From positions 28,582,001 through 28,646,000 of the forward strand of contig CM022673.1 of NCBI GenBank assembly GCA_012295275.1: DNA of 64,000 bases, read 5' to 3'. Made by a program: the position numbers and the translations under genes. The notes beneath the pieces are model-generated. The model made no database searches. It saw only the letters and a list, made by a program, of their open reading frames with translations, and had not been told where the DNA came from. Origin of the DNA: Chrysomallon squamiferum. Its lineage: Eukaryota > Animalia > Mollusca. Shown here piece after piece: positions 12,482 to 27,401 of the stretch (the first letter of the stretch is position 1; each line of letters starts with the position of its first letter).

Positions 12482-13446
12482 CATGGTCAGGTTCTACTGT
12501 TTATTGTATTGCAATTAAACAGTATTTCACTGAATACTACATGTTCCTGATACGTCAAGAAAGAGTCCTTGTAGAACAGCAAATAAAAAACTGGTTACAC
12601 TTAGCCGGCAGTGTGTTTTGAACAAGCAGTTTGTACGTGGCAATAGGCCTTGAAACAGCAAAACATTGTCTAAATGCATTACACGAACAATCAGTCTTAA
12701 CCAGAAGGCCGAATACTGCAAGCAATATGCACTGAATAAGCATAAAGGAAAGCAATATTCTTCTCAGTAATTATGTCATCAAAAAGTGAAATACTATTTG
12801 ATTTGGTACTGCAAGAGAAAGGTTTTCAACACAAAAAAAACCCTCTATTTTTTTTTTTTTTTTTTAAATGACAGCACTATTCAAGTGCTCATCTTCCGCA
12901 GCACATTCTGAACGTTAACAAAGAATTGTGTGACGTGTGTGTACACGGAGATGTAATTACAGATAACAGGCAATGACCCATGATGTTCGGTGAAAACGCG
13001 TTTTCAAGCTAGACATGCTGTAAATTAAGATAAGTACATGCTTCTGGACAAACAGACATGCTTTTAATGAACAAAAGTAATCATCGTCTGTGTGTACGTG
13101 AAAGGTAGGTAATTAGGCATACAGTGATGAACAAAGTAAACAACTATAGCTAATCTGAGATAATGGATGTTGATTGGTAATTGTAAGCAAGTTGTAAACA
13201 GAAATGTTTCTGAAGCTTTTGAAATAATTTGTTTTCTTCTTGTTTTATTTTTGTAGACAGAGTATTGTAACATTTGTTAAATGTATAAGAATATTTCATA
13301 TTTTTATACGTTTTGATAGTGAACATCAAAAATAATTTAAATATCCTTTGCAATTTTGACATCCAGTAAGAAACACTGACGTCATTCCACTGAATATTCT
13401 TACCAGTTACCATCATCTTTTAGATACATTACGGGATATATCACAA

Positions 13447-13480
<34 letters not shown>

Positions 13481-13938
13481 ATTCTTTAAATATTTTTGGG
13501 TTACTCTTGCTGATTAGCAATAATGATTTTTAATAAATACCTTCTCACAGAGTGAGAAAAAAACATATACCAGTCAGACATAAGAAAACTTCATGATGCG
13601 TAGGACGCAGGTTTTAATCTGGTATTATTCAGTTGTTTTAGTTCAAATATAATAATGATGAAAACTAGAGTCCTGATATTACACAGCTCGTGTTCCTGAG
13701 ATTTCTAATCTTTATTGCAAAAGAAATATAAACGTAACAGAAATAACACAAAATGAGTAATTTGATGCAGATCTTCACGATAATTAAAAAATACGTGATG
13801 CTGACCTTTCTAATATTTTAATCAGATAAATTGAAAAGAAATGCAGTTATGAAAGAGTAAATCCGAATTTTGATTTTGTATGACACATACGCATTTATGT
13901 ATTAACACTCACATTAATATATATATATATATATATAT

Positions 13939-13973
<35 letters not shown>

Positions 13974-14462
13974 TAGATATAGATATAGATATTTAGATAT
14001 ATAAATATATACACAGACACACACACATACACACACAAACACATGCACTTGCACAATAGCAGAAATTAAAACAAACATTTATTTACGAACGTCAAAGTTA
14101 ACTGCATTAATGTTGAAGTCTATTACCCTTTCCGCTATTGTCCGTTTCTTCGACTCACAGAACACAAATGAAGACACTTTCCAGAGAATAATTACACAGC
14201 AAGAAGACAGTGAGATTACCACGGTGGCCTGAAAGGTCATCTAAATTCGTTTACCAAGCGTTACTTTGATCACCACCGCGGTGTCTTTCATTATCTGCCA
14301 CGTACTGAGAGTGGATGTCCATTTATTCTGTATGTCGAAACAAAACGTGACCTGTCACATTTGTGCACTAGCTGGCGATAAAAGCAATTTGGGGATTTAA
14401 ACTAGTTTGTTTATAATAGCCTAGTGTTTGTATTGCATTCGATGATTGAGATTGAGAAGTTA

Positions 14463-14465
<3 letters not shown>

Positions 14466-14500
<35 letters not shown>

Positions 14501-14720
14501 ATGCGTGAGATGGAGAGAAAAAGAGAGAAAGAAAGAGGTAGGTAAAAAGTGTGACTATGTGTATATGTTTGTGTGTGTGTATATATGTAAATATATTTGT
14601 TTGTATATATGTATGTATATATGTATGTACGTATGTAAGTATGAATCTATGTATGTATGTATGTATGTATGTATGTGTATGTATGTGTGTATGTACGTCC
14701 GTATGTACGTATGTATGTAT
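14466..14720. repeat. (GT)n and (ATGT)n microsatellite cluster
   Basis: Direct reading. Confidence 0.85.
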
Positions 14721-15267
14721 TGTATGTTCTTTTAAATGTACAACAACAACAAAGCAATAACCGAAATAATAAACGTGAGACTGATAAACAGTGTTTCGCT
14801 AGACAGATAAACAATTATCAATTTAGGTGTCTGGAGATTATGAACAATTCCTAAATTGAGGGGACGGATTATCTGTCTGAAACCGTCTGAACTGTGTGAA
14901 TATGTCTCATCCTGTGGGAAGAAGTGTATCTTTCAGTTCATTACTAACACAGAGCAATAGACAAAGAAACAAATAGAATTTCATTATCGGAAATCCTTCA
15001 GTTGAAAAATAGCTTTATTTGTAATACTTTTTAGATGTAAACAGTAGATACCATTCACGAATAGACCGCCTGAGACGTCCTTGCATTCAGTGAACAAGAA
15101 AACACATCTGTCTTAAATGCTTTATTTTGTTGGTCGAGATTCTGCGTTTTAAGATTATTAAAACTTTAATTAAAGAAAGGATGGGATAACGTCATTGCTG
15201 TCCTGCCTATTTCTTGTTAGCTGATTCAGGACAAGTTCTAGAGTTGGTTTGACCTTTAGTGTATTTT

Positions 15268-15306
<39 letters not shown>

Positions 15307-16616
15307 TTTTATTAGATGTATCTTCATCTAAATTACATAAATGTAGGGTTACAAAAGAAAGCAAAGCATTGTTATATATATAAATTTATATTTTTATTGT
15401 TATTTCATTATGAGCACTGGTAAAGAATAGACTTCAGACATAACCAATTTCATCAATTCCTGCTGCTATTTCCATGGTTGATTCCTGTGAGAGTTGACTG
15501 TTTTATTAAAGATCGCGGCTCGAGTTTTTCTTTCACAGCTCTGTGCTTCGAGAAAGAGAACACCCTTCGCTGAGTCTGAAGATTCTCACTCGTTATTTCT
15601 TTTATTTTTTCAACCTTGCATGTTGCACTCTATATTATTAATATTTATATTAATTGCATATTTCAAATAAACAATTTCTTCTTTTATTATCAAAGGAAAT
15701 GTCGTGCGCTCTGACAGAAAGTTGGTTATATGCATTAATTCACTACTCTTAAAAATCAATAAAATGAATTTCCAGAATAGTAAAATTCTCTTGAAAATTA
15801 ATTTATTTCTCATATTAACTATCATATTTTTTTATGTTTTTTATCTTTTCACTGTCAATATATTTTTTGTATTACTGTTATTATTGACAACCGATATCAT
15901 TAAGACTACAAATAATCGTCTTTCATTTGAGAGTTACGCATCCATGAAAATCTTCCATTTAAAAAACCATTTTCATTAAAAAGAAATATATTGACCCCGA
16001 AAAGGAAGAAAATAATTCTGTGAAATAACAAACGTAACCGTCCTCGCCAGGCAGTGAGTCACGTAACATCCTTGTTTCTCAAACCAACATCTGTTTCTTC
16101 TCAGCTTTTATTCTCCGATTTCCTCTCGGCAAAACCTCCTAAAACCTGCAGAGGCCCCAGCAAACACTCGCGTTAACTTTCTAACCTTCTTCCGTTGCTC
16201 AGCCATCACGTTCAGAATCTACAATCTCAGTTTCTGTGCGGGATATGAAGAACTGTGTCCAGCAAAAGCTGCTTACGTTTGATGAATTGGACACTTCAGT
16301 CGGTTAGTTATTCGTCCGCCTACATACCCAGACCAAACGACTACGTAAACTGATAAGATTTTTTATAATGCGTAGGTGAAGACAATTGCTTTCCAAGGAT
16401 TTGTGGAATCTCCGACTATTAATTTTGTTTTTCTTCTTCTTTTGTTCCATCCATGAATGTCAGGTAAATATTAAGTGTAGTTTACGTCTGTTCAGAAGGA
16501 AGTTTCAGTCACATCCATTATCAGATTGAAAATTGCGAAAAATAATGTGTTTCTCGATTGAGTTTCAGATAAAAGAAACTTTAAATGGCAGTTCATTGCT
16601 TAATATCTTAACGACA

Positions 16617-16740
16617 ATGTATGTATGTATGTATATGTATGTATGTATGTATGGATGTATGTATGTATGTATGTATGTATGTATATATGTATGTATGTAT
16701 GTATGCATGCATGTATGCAGGCATGTATGTATGTATGTAT
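16617..16740. repeat. (ATGT)n microsatellite
   Basis: Direct reading. Confidence 0.92.
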
Positions 16741-17470
16741 TTATGTTTGTATATTTTGTATATTTTAAATTTTACTATTTTTAGTCAATTTAACAAACTG
16801 ATATACTGACAAAACTATTTTTTCATAATCTTATTTTTAATCTTAAAATCCGTCTCCCCTGATGGTGACTCAATCACATTGTTGCCTGTTGTCTTTTATC
16901 TCTCGAAGGTTTTTCTCCAACTTGATTATCAAAAACAATCCTCATCCACGTGACCATTTAAGAAGAGAAATCCTAGAGTGACCAAAATTCCTTGAAGACG
17001 GCTGAACATTTCCTGACTATAACCCAAGCCATTACTGCAAAGACTGCTTCTTCCAGATAATTAGGTAACCGTCGCAGCTAAAACGGTTTAGACCTTTTTA
17101 CAGAATGCATTACTCACGCTGTTAGTTTCTTGAAGGAAGTAAATTCGGCCGATTGATTGTACGTGTGTCTTCAAAGACTGGCGAATCAATTTTAATTTTC
17201 TACGATCTGTGTGTATAAAACTGTACGTGAATTTACAAGTTTGTTCAGGTAAAATTCGCATTATGATCTTAATTCGTTTTTTTTTTTTTTTTTTTTTTTT
17301 TTATTGATGGATGAATCAGAATAAAGGTTGATAAATTAGAATTATTGAGTTTTGATGGATATAATGCCACAGGAAATTAAAAGGTTAAATTTTATCTCAT
17401 ATTTTTATACTTTAGTTTTAATTAAAAAGTCAATTTTATGGCCTAATAAATTTTTATCCATAAATCAATT

Positions 17471-17474
<4 letters not shown>

Positions 17475-17506
<32 letters not shown>

Positions 17507-17509
17507 GTA

Positions 17510-17560
<51 letters not shown>

Positions 17561-17580
17561 ACAGTAGTAGTAGCAGCAGC
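17475..17580. repeat. (AAT)n-(AGT)n compound microsatellite
   Basis: Direct reading. Confidence 0.92.
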
Positions 17581-18365
17581 AATAATGGAAATAACTATAG
17601 TTAGTAGTTGTTGTTGTATAGACATATGATACATCATTGATTGATTGTTGTTGTAATTGTAGTACTAGTACTAGTTGTGGTAGTAATAGCAGATTTAGTG
17701 GTGCTGGTTTTTGTTGATGTCGATGGTGATGACGTTGATGCTGATGGTGATGAAGATGATCATAATCATAATAGTGATAAATACATGCAATATGTTTGCA
17801 TCTCAATAGCCTGTTATAGCCATTTGAAACCTACCTAGTATAATTGCATATGTATACTACAAAAAGAAAGCAAAAATCAAATATATATATATATATTTTT
17901 TTTTTTATAAATATGCATTCATACATGATTTAGATATATAGGTATAGACTGAAAGATATATCTGTGTAAAGTTTGTTGGTGTAGAAATTAACTTTGTTAG
18001 TCGAATTTGAGAGGAACATTAAATATTCAGCAATGAAGACAAATACGATGATGTAAGCTCGAGAGTGTTTACCAGAGAGAATATCGAATTGTGTTTTCTG
18101 TCGAAAGATGGCCGTCCAAGGCTTGGGTGAAAATATTTCATATCAGGCTACAGATCTTTTGTTCATTTCTGACGAAAAATTGATTTTCGTTAACGAGTAC
18201 ACACGTTACGTTGGAATCTAAATAACATCGAGGTTGGAACAAGCCATCTTTATACAGCCTGCATATAAAAAAAGTAGTACTAAAATATATTATTCAAGAG
18301 GAAACACACACTCACATGCACGCACACACATAAATACACACACATATTATATTATATATATAGAC

Positions 18366-18414
<49 letters not shown>

Positions 18415-19320
18415 ATACTCTCAATGAATATTTGTAACTATATTTAATATAAATAAACAAATAAATAAATAAATAATTAAATAAATAGATAAAGAAATAA
18501 TGAGAGAAAGAAAGAAATATGAATAACTAATTAAAACAGAAACTCGTTTTCTACAATAAATGGATTACTGGGACAGGCTAAGTTAATGACTACATCTGCA
18601 TACAACGATCTTGCTAACCCGTATTCTCTAATTTACTGAGATTCGCCCATGATTAAACATTGCATCAGCTAATCTATATTCTCCTCTATTATACAAAAAG
18701 CCACGATTAAACCTGTAACTCATAACTACACAGCTATGGACGATTTGTGGTTTTTAAACACCGTGTGTGGAATGATTTAATTCGGAGGCAGTTGTCTTTT
18801 TCTTGTCGCGTTAGCCGTGTTCTTTTTCACGAAGAAGACGCCGCACAGTTCCTTTATTTATTTATTTATTTATTTATGTTGTATTTCCACGTACATTACA
18901 CGGTCTTTTTCTCCCCGACTCAGTGAAAAATTGCAGTCTAACACAAAATGTCTTATACAGCAAAACGGCTTCCAAGTCATCCATCACATTCTCACGCGAC
19001 CGTCCATTTCCAATGGATTTTATGGGAATTGTTATGTGCACGTTATCAAGCATGGATTGGTTTATGCGTTTTATGTCAAAAAACATTTCACGACCTGCCA
19101 TCTCTGTTTTTATTTTTGCACGAGCAGTTTTTGCTTCATACCATAAAGCCTGATGAAGCGAATCAAATTGCGACTAACAAACGAAAAAAAAAATATTCTA
19201 TTTAAACTCTGTTTTGCTCTGAAAAGGTTTTTTCTTTCTTTCTTTTCTTTTGTTAATTAATTAACTAATTTATTAATGTATTATTGAATATATATATATA
19301 TATATAAATCAAATCACCTA

Positions 19321-19363
<43 letters not shown>

Positions 19364-19865
19364 GACCTTCCATATCACTGATTCCTGCTAACTGCTATCA
19401 CCTATAAAATATTTAAGAAAGGTGATTTGTTTTACGTGTAGAAACTCATCAACTCTTGTCTACGAATGCCGTCGTTTTACCGATGCTGGCGTCAGTGTCT
19501 ACGTCATTCTTATTTTGTTTATGACTGCTAAGTGGCGTGTAATTTTACTAAAGCTTCTGTTTGGACGAAAATGTTCTTTATTTCGACAATATCTAGTCGA
19601 TTTAATTCGATTTTCCTGAAATGACACCGAGTAATAATTGGGTTTCCAATAATATTTAGTAGACAGAGCATAATGGCACAGTCGAAAGTGAGACAAAAAG
19701 GTGACGTTAAGGCAGCTTAATAGTGTTAGTTCACAAACACCCGAGACAAAAAAAATATAAAAAAATATTCCAGTGGTAAATTTAATATTCAAATTAGCTT
19801 CATTTTTCTCTTCTTAGTTCTTTACTGCTTACAGAAGCGTGCTGTCCTTTCTCATTATAATGATG

Positions 19866-19879
19866 AGAGAGAAGAGAGT

Positions 19880-19969
<90 letters not shown>

Positions 19970-20010
19970 TGGATAGCTGACTGATGAATGGATGGATGGA
20001 TGGATGGATA
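19866..20010. repeat. (AG)n followed by (GGAT)n
   Basis: Direct reading. Confidence 0.92.
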
Positions 20011-20596
20011 AAGAAAGAGAGAGGGGGTGTTAGAAGAGAAACCTCAGAAAACATAATAAATAGACAAATGACATTTGAAAATGGAGTTAATACACTTTCT
20101 TGAAAACCTATATATTTTCAACTTGACTGTGTCATATGAAAACAGAACAGTGTCTGGAACAAACAAATCAGTGAAAGTTCTGCACTGTGCTCTTAAATTA
20201 AATACTGTCTGGAGAACCTAAAGTGACATTTACTCGGGAATTAGTCTAGCACTTTAACAACGCTTTCTTTTTTTTTCCCCATGTTTTTTCACAACAACGA
20301 AAAGTGTTTCAATAATCAGATATACTATGTATGTAAGAATCTAAGCCACGAAATCAAGATATGGTATTAAATACAAAATTCTTGCTATGGTATAAGTTTT
20401 GTATATGTAAAACGAAATCGATATATATTAAGAGATGTTTTTGCATTAAAATTATTTCCACTGTCATATTTTTAAGCAGGCCTTTCGGTAAGCTACTTAT
20501 TCCACGGATTATGTATGTGGTTAAAAGGCTTTTTCTTTCATAATTTAGATTTGCATAGAAACCAGGCTAACTTACATTAAACGCGACCGGGTAACT

Positions 20597-20704
20597 GTGT
20601 GTGTGTGTGTGTGTGTCTGTGCGTGTGTGTGAATGAGAGAGAGAGTTTGAATGTCTGAGTACAGTATATATAAAATATCAACAACAAAAATAACCACAAC
20701 AACA

Positions 20705-20757
<53 letters not shown>

Positions 20758-20830
20758 CCAACCCAACAAACATGAGCAACAGTAACAACATAACAACCAG
20801 AACAACAACAGTAATAATAATAATAATAGT

Positions 20831-20863
<33 letters not shown>
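20597..20863. repeat. (GT)n, (AAT)n and (ATC)n microsatellite cluster
   Basis: Direct reading. Confidence 0.85.
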
Positions 20864-21480
20864 ACAAAAAAAGGTCCTTTCATCTTACATTGTTTTGTTT
20901 TTTATGTGCCACATTTTATACAACCCAAGAAACCGTACAAAATGATTTTCAAATCTGCCCTATCACGTTTTACATTAGTGAGAAATGAGATGATTCATAA
21001 CATCCAGTGTACTTTGGAATTAAGTAAATAGATTCGTGATTCTTGTCTCACTCGTAGATAAAATCTATACCCACTCAGCGAATGGAATGACTCATTCCGT
21101 TACTAACATGGCTTTGAAATATGACAAATGTTTAAAGTAATTATTATTATTTTTTTTTTTTTATATCCCATTGGAATGATTTTGAAACTGAGCAACATGG
21201 AAAAAAACTTAATTTAATATCGAAATTTTTATTTTTTATTTTTTGTTTTTTTCTCCATCGTTGCTCAAAGAAGTTGTTGATATTTTGAAAGCAAATAATC
21301 AATGAACGAAGGCAAATTGGAGTTAAAGCTTTGTTCAGTTCGTGCCTGGTTGGTTTGTTTGATCGCCAGTGCTTATTGCTTATACAATATTTTCTTATGA
21401 TTCATTTAGCACAAGTCAATACGCACAGAAACTGAAATAATAAATATGTGTTAGTAAATAATAATAATATGTAATTAAGT

Positions 21481-21511
<31 letters not shown>

Positions 21512-21571
21512 AGATGGTGACGAAGATGAGATTATGACGATGATAAGATTTTTATGAAGGTGAAAATTAAA

Positions 21572-21605
<34 letters not shown>

Positions 21606-22245
21606 CGACGAAGATAATGGTGCTGTTGATAAACAAATTCAGATTAAGAAGTTAACATCTTTACCTTTTTTGAAATATTTAACATATATTGCAAAATCAG
21701 CTGTTGTGCATCAAATGAAATCTAGTTTGCAACAGGATATTGATAAAGACATATCTCCGCCATTTCTTCTCCATTGGATAATGGAGTGACAATAAATCTA
21801 ATCTCTTGTTACATAAAACGTACATTTCACGTAAATTTTATACAATGAAGCACACTTGTCACTTTTACTAGGTTGTCTAAAAGAGTCAGTTATGAACTTT
21901 TCACAGACCATTTACAGCAACAAAAACGAAATGTATGAATCACTGGTTTTAGTCATTTAGGTTCTTGTTTTTCAGTTAGATTCTGTAAATATTAATACTG
22001 TATTTAAAAGCCAAGCAGTGACTAAATATTCCTTAAAAATACTTCTGTTGTTTTTTTCGGTATTTAGTTACATACAATCAAATATTATGTAGATCGTGTT
22101 AACAGAGTGGAAATCTTGTTAATAATTGCTACATCTAATCATGTTTCAGATAGCTACGACACAACAGTACTTGTTATCCTGCTAGTATCATGACTCATCC
22201 TGTACATCAGATTCAGTAAAACAGAACTGTAAAAAAACAACTTAC

Positions 22246-22336
22246 CACCAAACGCTGCCACTGCTACTCCATGTTCCAGCGTGACCAACAACAGCAACAG
22301 ACACGTCAACAGCGCACTCAAACAATTAAATTTCAT
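22246..22336 (-). CDS. First coding exon (signal peptide) of the proteoglycan-like gene: MKFNCLSALLTCLLLLLVTLEHGVAVAAFG
   Basis: aaaATG context; basic N-terminus, hydrophobic core and small-residue cleavage region; consensus G|gtaagt donor at 22244-22245. Phase 1 matches exon 4106-4360. The link across the 17.9-kb intron is inferred from phase and protein logic. Confidence 0.8.
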
Positions 22337-22760
22337 TTTTCTTTTCTTTTTTTTTCTTTTTTCTTTTTCTTTTCTTTGACAGTGAGACACGTCAAACTAA
22401 TAACAATTTTTCACAACACGAATAAAAAAGAAGACAATTAATGATCCTTGTTTATCGGGTTGACTGCGAACAGCGTCTTCCACATGGGCAAGAATAAGTC
22501 CAAAATACGACCTTCTCCGGGTCAGCAGAGTCTTGACAACGTCATCGTCTGCGTCGTTCTGGGCAGACGAGAAGGAGAGCGCGAGCCGGAGAGAGCAGAA
22601 GATCAGCAACGGAATGGCGCGAAGATCCAGAACCCATGCAGTCAGTTATCGATCACGTTTATAGATTGTATGAATAATGCAAGATTGACAGCATCCTTGC
22701 CTAGCGTCTGCAATCAATAGTCTGCAAACCAGCTTTAATAGATGCTTTTTGTCGCTGGGA
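22337..22760 (-). promoter_or_regulatory. Probable 5' UTR and core promoter of the proteoglycan-like gene (TATAAA at 22658-22663)
   Basis: GC/CpG-rich island directly upstream of the signal-peptide ATG, with minus-strand TATAAA at 22663-22658. The TSS cannot be determined. Confidence 0.4.
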
Positions 22761-24587
22761 ACCGAGAAGGACGGCAGCTAACGTTTGTTGAGAACGGGAA
22801 AATGTTGGCGATGCTTCTCCGCTAATTACAACGGAATCGACAAATTCGGGACTATGTTGATGAAGTTATTTTTTTGATGCGGATGTGCTCTTGTTGTGTG
22901 TATCATGTCGCTGACATTTCACCTGTTCTGTACAAAGTCTCCGGCTTGCTCATCGAATCGCGTTTACGCCATTTAAATGTCTGTTGCTCAGAATTTTCTT
23001 TTTAGCTGCCAGTTTGCTCTAATTTGATGACATTTTAAAATTTTCTATAAATCTTGATGTAGATGGAGAAATAAAAGAAAACGTTATTTTCTTAATTTAT
23101 TCAAGTAATACAGCAATAACACAAATATCGTACACATACACATACATACACACATTTTTTCGATGTGATAAAATAATTATATTTCAGTAGAAACAAAGAC
23201 TGAAAACGACAATTTTTTTTTAAAAAAAAAAAAAAACATTCTCATATAAGAAATGGCCATTTGAACTGAACGGAAGACAATTTGAAAAACGTTTTTGATT
23301 GCCAAGAGATTCATTTTGTTACTAACATAAACTACATATATAGTTGGCCATCTTAAGATAACACATACTTATATCTACAAACCTATTTTGATGTTTTAGG
23401 ATATTAACTTGGCATGCTGAGGATAATACTACCTACCTACCTACCTACATACATACATACATATATACAAGCAAACAACGATCATAATGATGATAACAAA
23501 AAGATGTAACAGGGAAAATAATAACAGAAAAATAAAAAATTTTGAAGTCGAGTTGTTTACTACTCCACAGCAAACAGTTAATTATTTAATAACCTTAATA
23601 AGTCGCAAATCGCAGTGTAATGCAGAAAGCGATCTAATTAGTTTAATTATTCATTAAGCCGTACACAATAAACATTCAATTGTTCTTCGTGCAAAAACGT
23701 TTCTTCATTCTGTCTTTCAGCCCGTGAACTCAGATGTGTTAATTTCCCTATCTGCCTGACTTTGCGTTCAAATTTGATTACACCCGCATGAATAAAATAA
23801 GCCAGCATGCCGGATTACGAGCCTGTTTAATTAGTTCTTACTCGCTGGAACAGATCAGAGACACAAGATGTACAAGGTTAAGGAATGTATTTTTGACCAC
23901 AGAGGACTTTAGTCTTCTGTCGAATATCTTGAACATTATTTTGAACTCTCCATACAAATACACGTCTATCTTTCCATCCAATACTCCAACCATCCATCCA
24001 TCCATGTATTTATCCAATTCATCTTTCATCTATCCATTCATCCTTCCTTCCATTCATTCATTCATTTACATGTCTATCTATTCGATCAGTCATTCATCCA
24101 TACTTGTTTTGTTTTAATCTAACCTGATTCTTACTTTGATGTAATTGCGAGTTTGCTTAGCAATAATATCGTGTAGATGATAATTATAAATCGACATCTG
24201 AAGATAGTTATTATTCGAGAAAATAATTACAACAAAGGAAACACAATGCAAACAGAAGTAATACGTATAACTAACTACAGTCTATTTGATCAATCAACTG
24301 TTAGCTATAAACATGCTTGTCTCTAAAACGGGTTCAAATACGTTTTATTTTTGTGAGCAACTCGAAGCTGCATTGACTGTTCAAAATATTATTAGAAACA
24401 AAAAGAGCTTTGGGTAACAGACGAGGTGCGACCGAAGTACCTGTCTGACGTAAGTCTATTTCTTAACCACAGCGTCAGTATGACTGGGTCAGTTAGAACA
24501 TTAGTGTAAAGAGAAAATTAATGCAGTTTGGTGAAAATGCGAATCCGTTCTGTTACTCACATTGTTGGCAATAGTAAATTTATTTTA

Positions 24588-24588
<1 letters not shown>

Positions 24589-24668
<80 letters not shown>
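24589..24668. repeat. (ATT)n microsatellite
   Basis: Direct reading. Confidence 0.95.
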
Positions 24669-24669
<1 letters not shown>

Positions 24670-25406
24670 TTATTTTTATTTCAATATATTGAAAATATAT
24701 TGTTATCATAAATTATTTGTTATTCGTCCATGTTACTTAATATTAATCTGTTTCAAATATTTTGCAAACTGCATACATTTTAATGTAATAACAGTAAATA
24801 TTAAGTGTTCTTGCTAAACGATAGCTATAACATGTGCTGCTAGTTTTTGTTTCTGTTTGTTATCAGCTTGTTGTTATTGGCTAAAAATAATATTTAATAG
24901 AAAATAAATGAATAAATATATAATTAAATGAATAAATAAATAAATAAATAATTTTGCTCCCAATAGAAATGAATTTAGGAAGCAGCGAAAAAAAAAAAAA
25001 ATGTAATCCGAACAAAGATATTCAACAAACACTTTCTTCAGTACTGTTAGGTTTCCAGTTTGAAATTATGTAGCTCAAACAAACATAAAGGATTGGAATT
25101 TTTGTGACATCCATTCCTAGATCCTGTTTGCACAATTTCCTTTCATTGAAGAAGTAATTTCTATTCCATCAAATGAAACCCACGAAATGTTATCTAATAT
25201 GACCCTGGTTAAAATTCCGTTCAGCTGAAAGTATTAGGTTATCTAAGCGAAAACGTGTACAGATTTTTCATTTAATGACGAGTGTCTTTTTCTTTTTTTT
25301 TTTCAAATCTGAAGCATTATTTTACATATTGTTAGTTCTTCCTTAAATTCGTGATGTTTACAGCTACACACTACATAATTACGTTTAACTTGAAAACAAT
25401 ATTTTT

Positions 25407-25437
<31 letters not shown>

Positions 25438-25596
25438 TTGCTGATTTAACGTAAATGTTAAAGACTTTTAAATAAGTTAAATCCGAAGTTAATTTTTCAT
25501 TTTATTTTAATGAGTGTTTTTCATTTTAAATTCTCTTATTATTTTATTTAATGATGATGTAGCTGTTGTTGATAACGATGATGATACCGATCATAA

Positions 25597-25707
25597 TAGC
25601 AGCAGCAGCAGTAGTAGTAGTAGTAGTAGTTGTAGTAGTTGTAGTAGTTGTAGTAGTAGTAGTAGTTGTAGTAGTAGTTGTTGTAGTAGTAGTAGCAGCA
25701 GCAGCAA
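25597..25707. repeat. (AGC/AGT)n compound microsatellite
   Basis: Direct reading. Confidence 0.92.
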
Positions 25708-27311
25708 TAATACAAACGGAAACCAGTTAAAACAGTACAAAAACTAGTCTTGAGACATGTTTTAATTAATTTCTCTTTGTGACTGGTAATAAAATAAACA
25801 AAAAACGTGGTCGTATTTACCATTTATGTCTATCTGTTCGTGACTGCACTTTTATTACTAACAGTATTCTACAGTAATCATTGGTGAAAATAACTTGCAA
25901 TGCGATTAGTGTTAGTAAAAGTAGGTTAATCGGGGACAGCAGAATGGTGCCGAGCAGAGGAACTGTCACGAAAAGGGTCAAAGCAAAGACAATGCTGACT
26001 GTGAAGTCTGATGTTAGCTATGATGCAAAATACGCCTTGAAGATCTGTTCGTTATTTTCCGTAGGATTTATGAAGATGTAACCGCTCGATCAGTCAAACA
26101 TTCGTAAACAGCTGGGGTCTTTTTAGTACTTGTAGATACATTTCCCCGATTTTAGTGAATGCATATAATATATATTACTACGATGAATTGTCTTGTGTAT
26201 GTATGTATATATGTAAACAAGTAGTACTGAAATACAAATTCCAAGTTCTCGGCACAAATACAGTAGATTCCTGCGTATATCAAACTGTTATTACTCAAGG
26301 GAAAAGCAAGAGAAACATGATGACTTTATTCTCGATCTGTTATGACATATTCTGTGGATGTGTTCCGCTTCTTTTTCTCATCTTCTGTAATATAATCGCA
26401 AATATAATATTACAAATGTACTGAAGAGATAGAGGGAAAGTTTTATCATCCGTTTGTTATAAGCCGTGACTCATTAATCCAGCTTAAACAGTAATTGTGC
26501 AATATATTTTTGATACCCAAACAAATTCTTCCAGTATCTATTTCCCTAATGATTTCATTATAGCAGCCACGCGAGAAAAATGAAATACTTGTAACATGAA
26601 GAAGAAAACAAAAAAGACAATAAAATTCAATAAAAGCCTGTTTTTCAGTCTGCAAATATTTCAAAATATTTAATTTAATTATTTTATATTATATGTAATA
26701 TAGCTGTAAATTGTCTAAATTGTGTTTAAACTCAGAGAAGACGAGGTCGTAAATCTATAAACCGAAACCTAATTTAAAAACAAGACTCAGCTGACCTTAA
26801 TCCCTGATCAATACACAGGGCAGTGAAACTGGTAATAAATCATTTTCACTGTTTCATGGATTAAGCATTGTTTTGGGTGTTTATATGGATTTTTTTAGGA
26901 ATCTTTTTTTTTTTTTTTTTTGCCTTTTCTGTTGTTTCCCGTTTCAGTCTGTAGTCAGTTTTTTTAAGTAGTAGTGGAATGTGTTTCTGGATTTTGTTTT
27001 AAGACTTTGAATCGATATTACGTATAATCACTGTACACTGTCAATTTTGCAAAAAAAAACCAGTACGAAATTTACTCCAAGGATCTAAAGTGGATACAAG
27101 CATGAACTCCATAACAAATGAGAAATTGGTCAAATCTGGACACCATTCAGAGATATAAGGACTCGTAGAACACAGCCATGTCTTTATTTCTGTCGATAAG
27201 GCAATCTAATTCAGCTCTGAAGGACATTGGAAATTACTTCTGAAAAATACCGTTATGTGCGCCGTTTCGATTGACAGTCAAATTATACTCAGCGAACATA
27301 GGGAAGGTGGC

Positions 27312-27401
27312 GCGGGGAAGCGAGTGTTTGGTGCTGGTAAAGCGGGGAAGCGAGTGTTTGGTGCTGGTAAAGCGGGGAAGCGAGTGTTTGGTGCTGGTAA
27401 A
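27312..27401. repeat. Three perfect tandem copies of a 30-bp unit (gcggggaagcgagtgtttggtgctggtaaa)
   Basis: Units at 27312, 27342 and 27372, with no spacers. Confidence 0.97.

Noticed and set aside
27312-27401. 30-bp direct repeats as a CRISPR array (likewise 63036-63095 and 1737-2028)
   Set aside because: The units are contiguous without unique spacers, there are no cas genes, and the context is intron-containing eukaryotic DNA.
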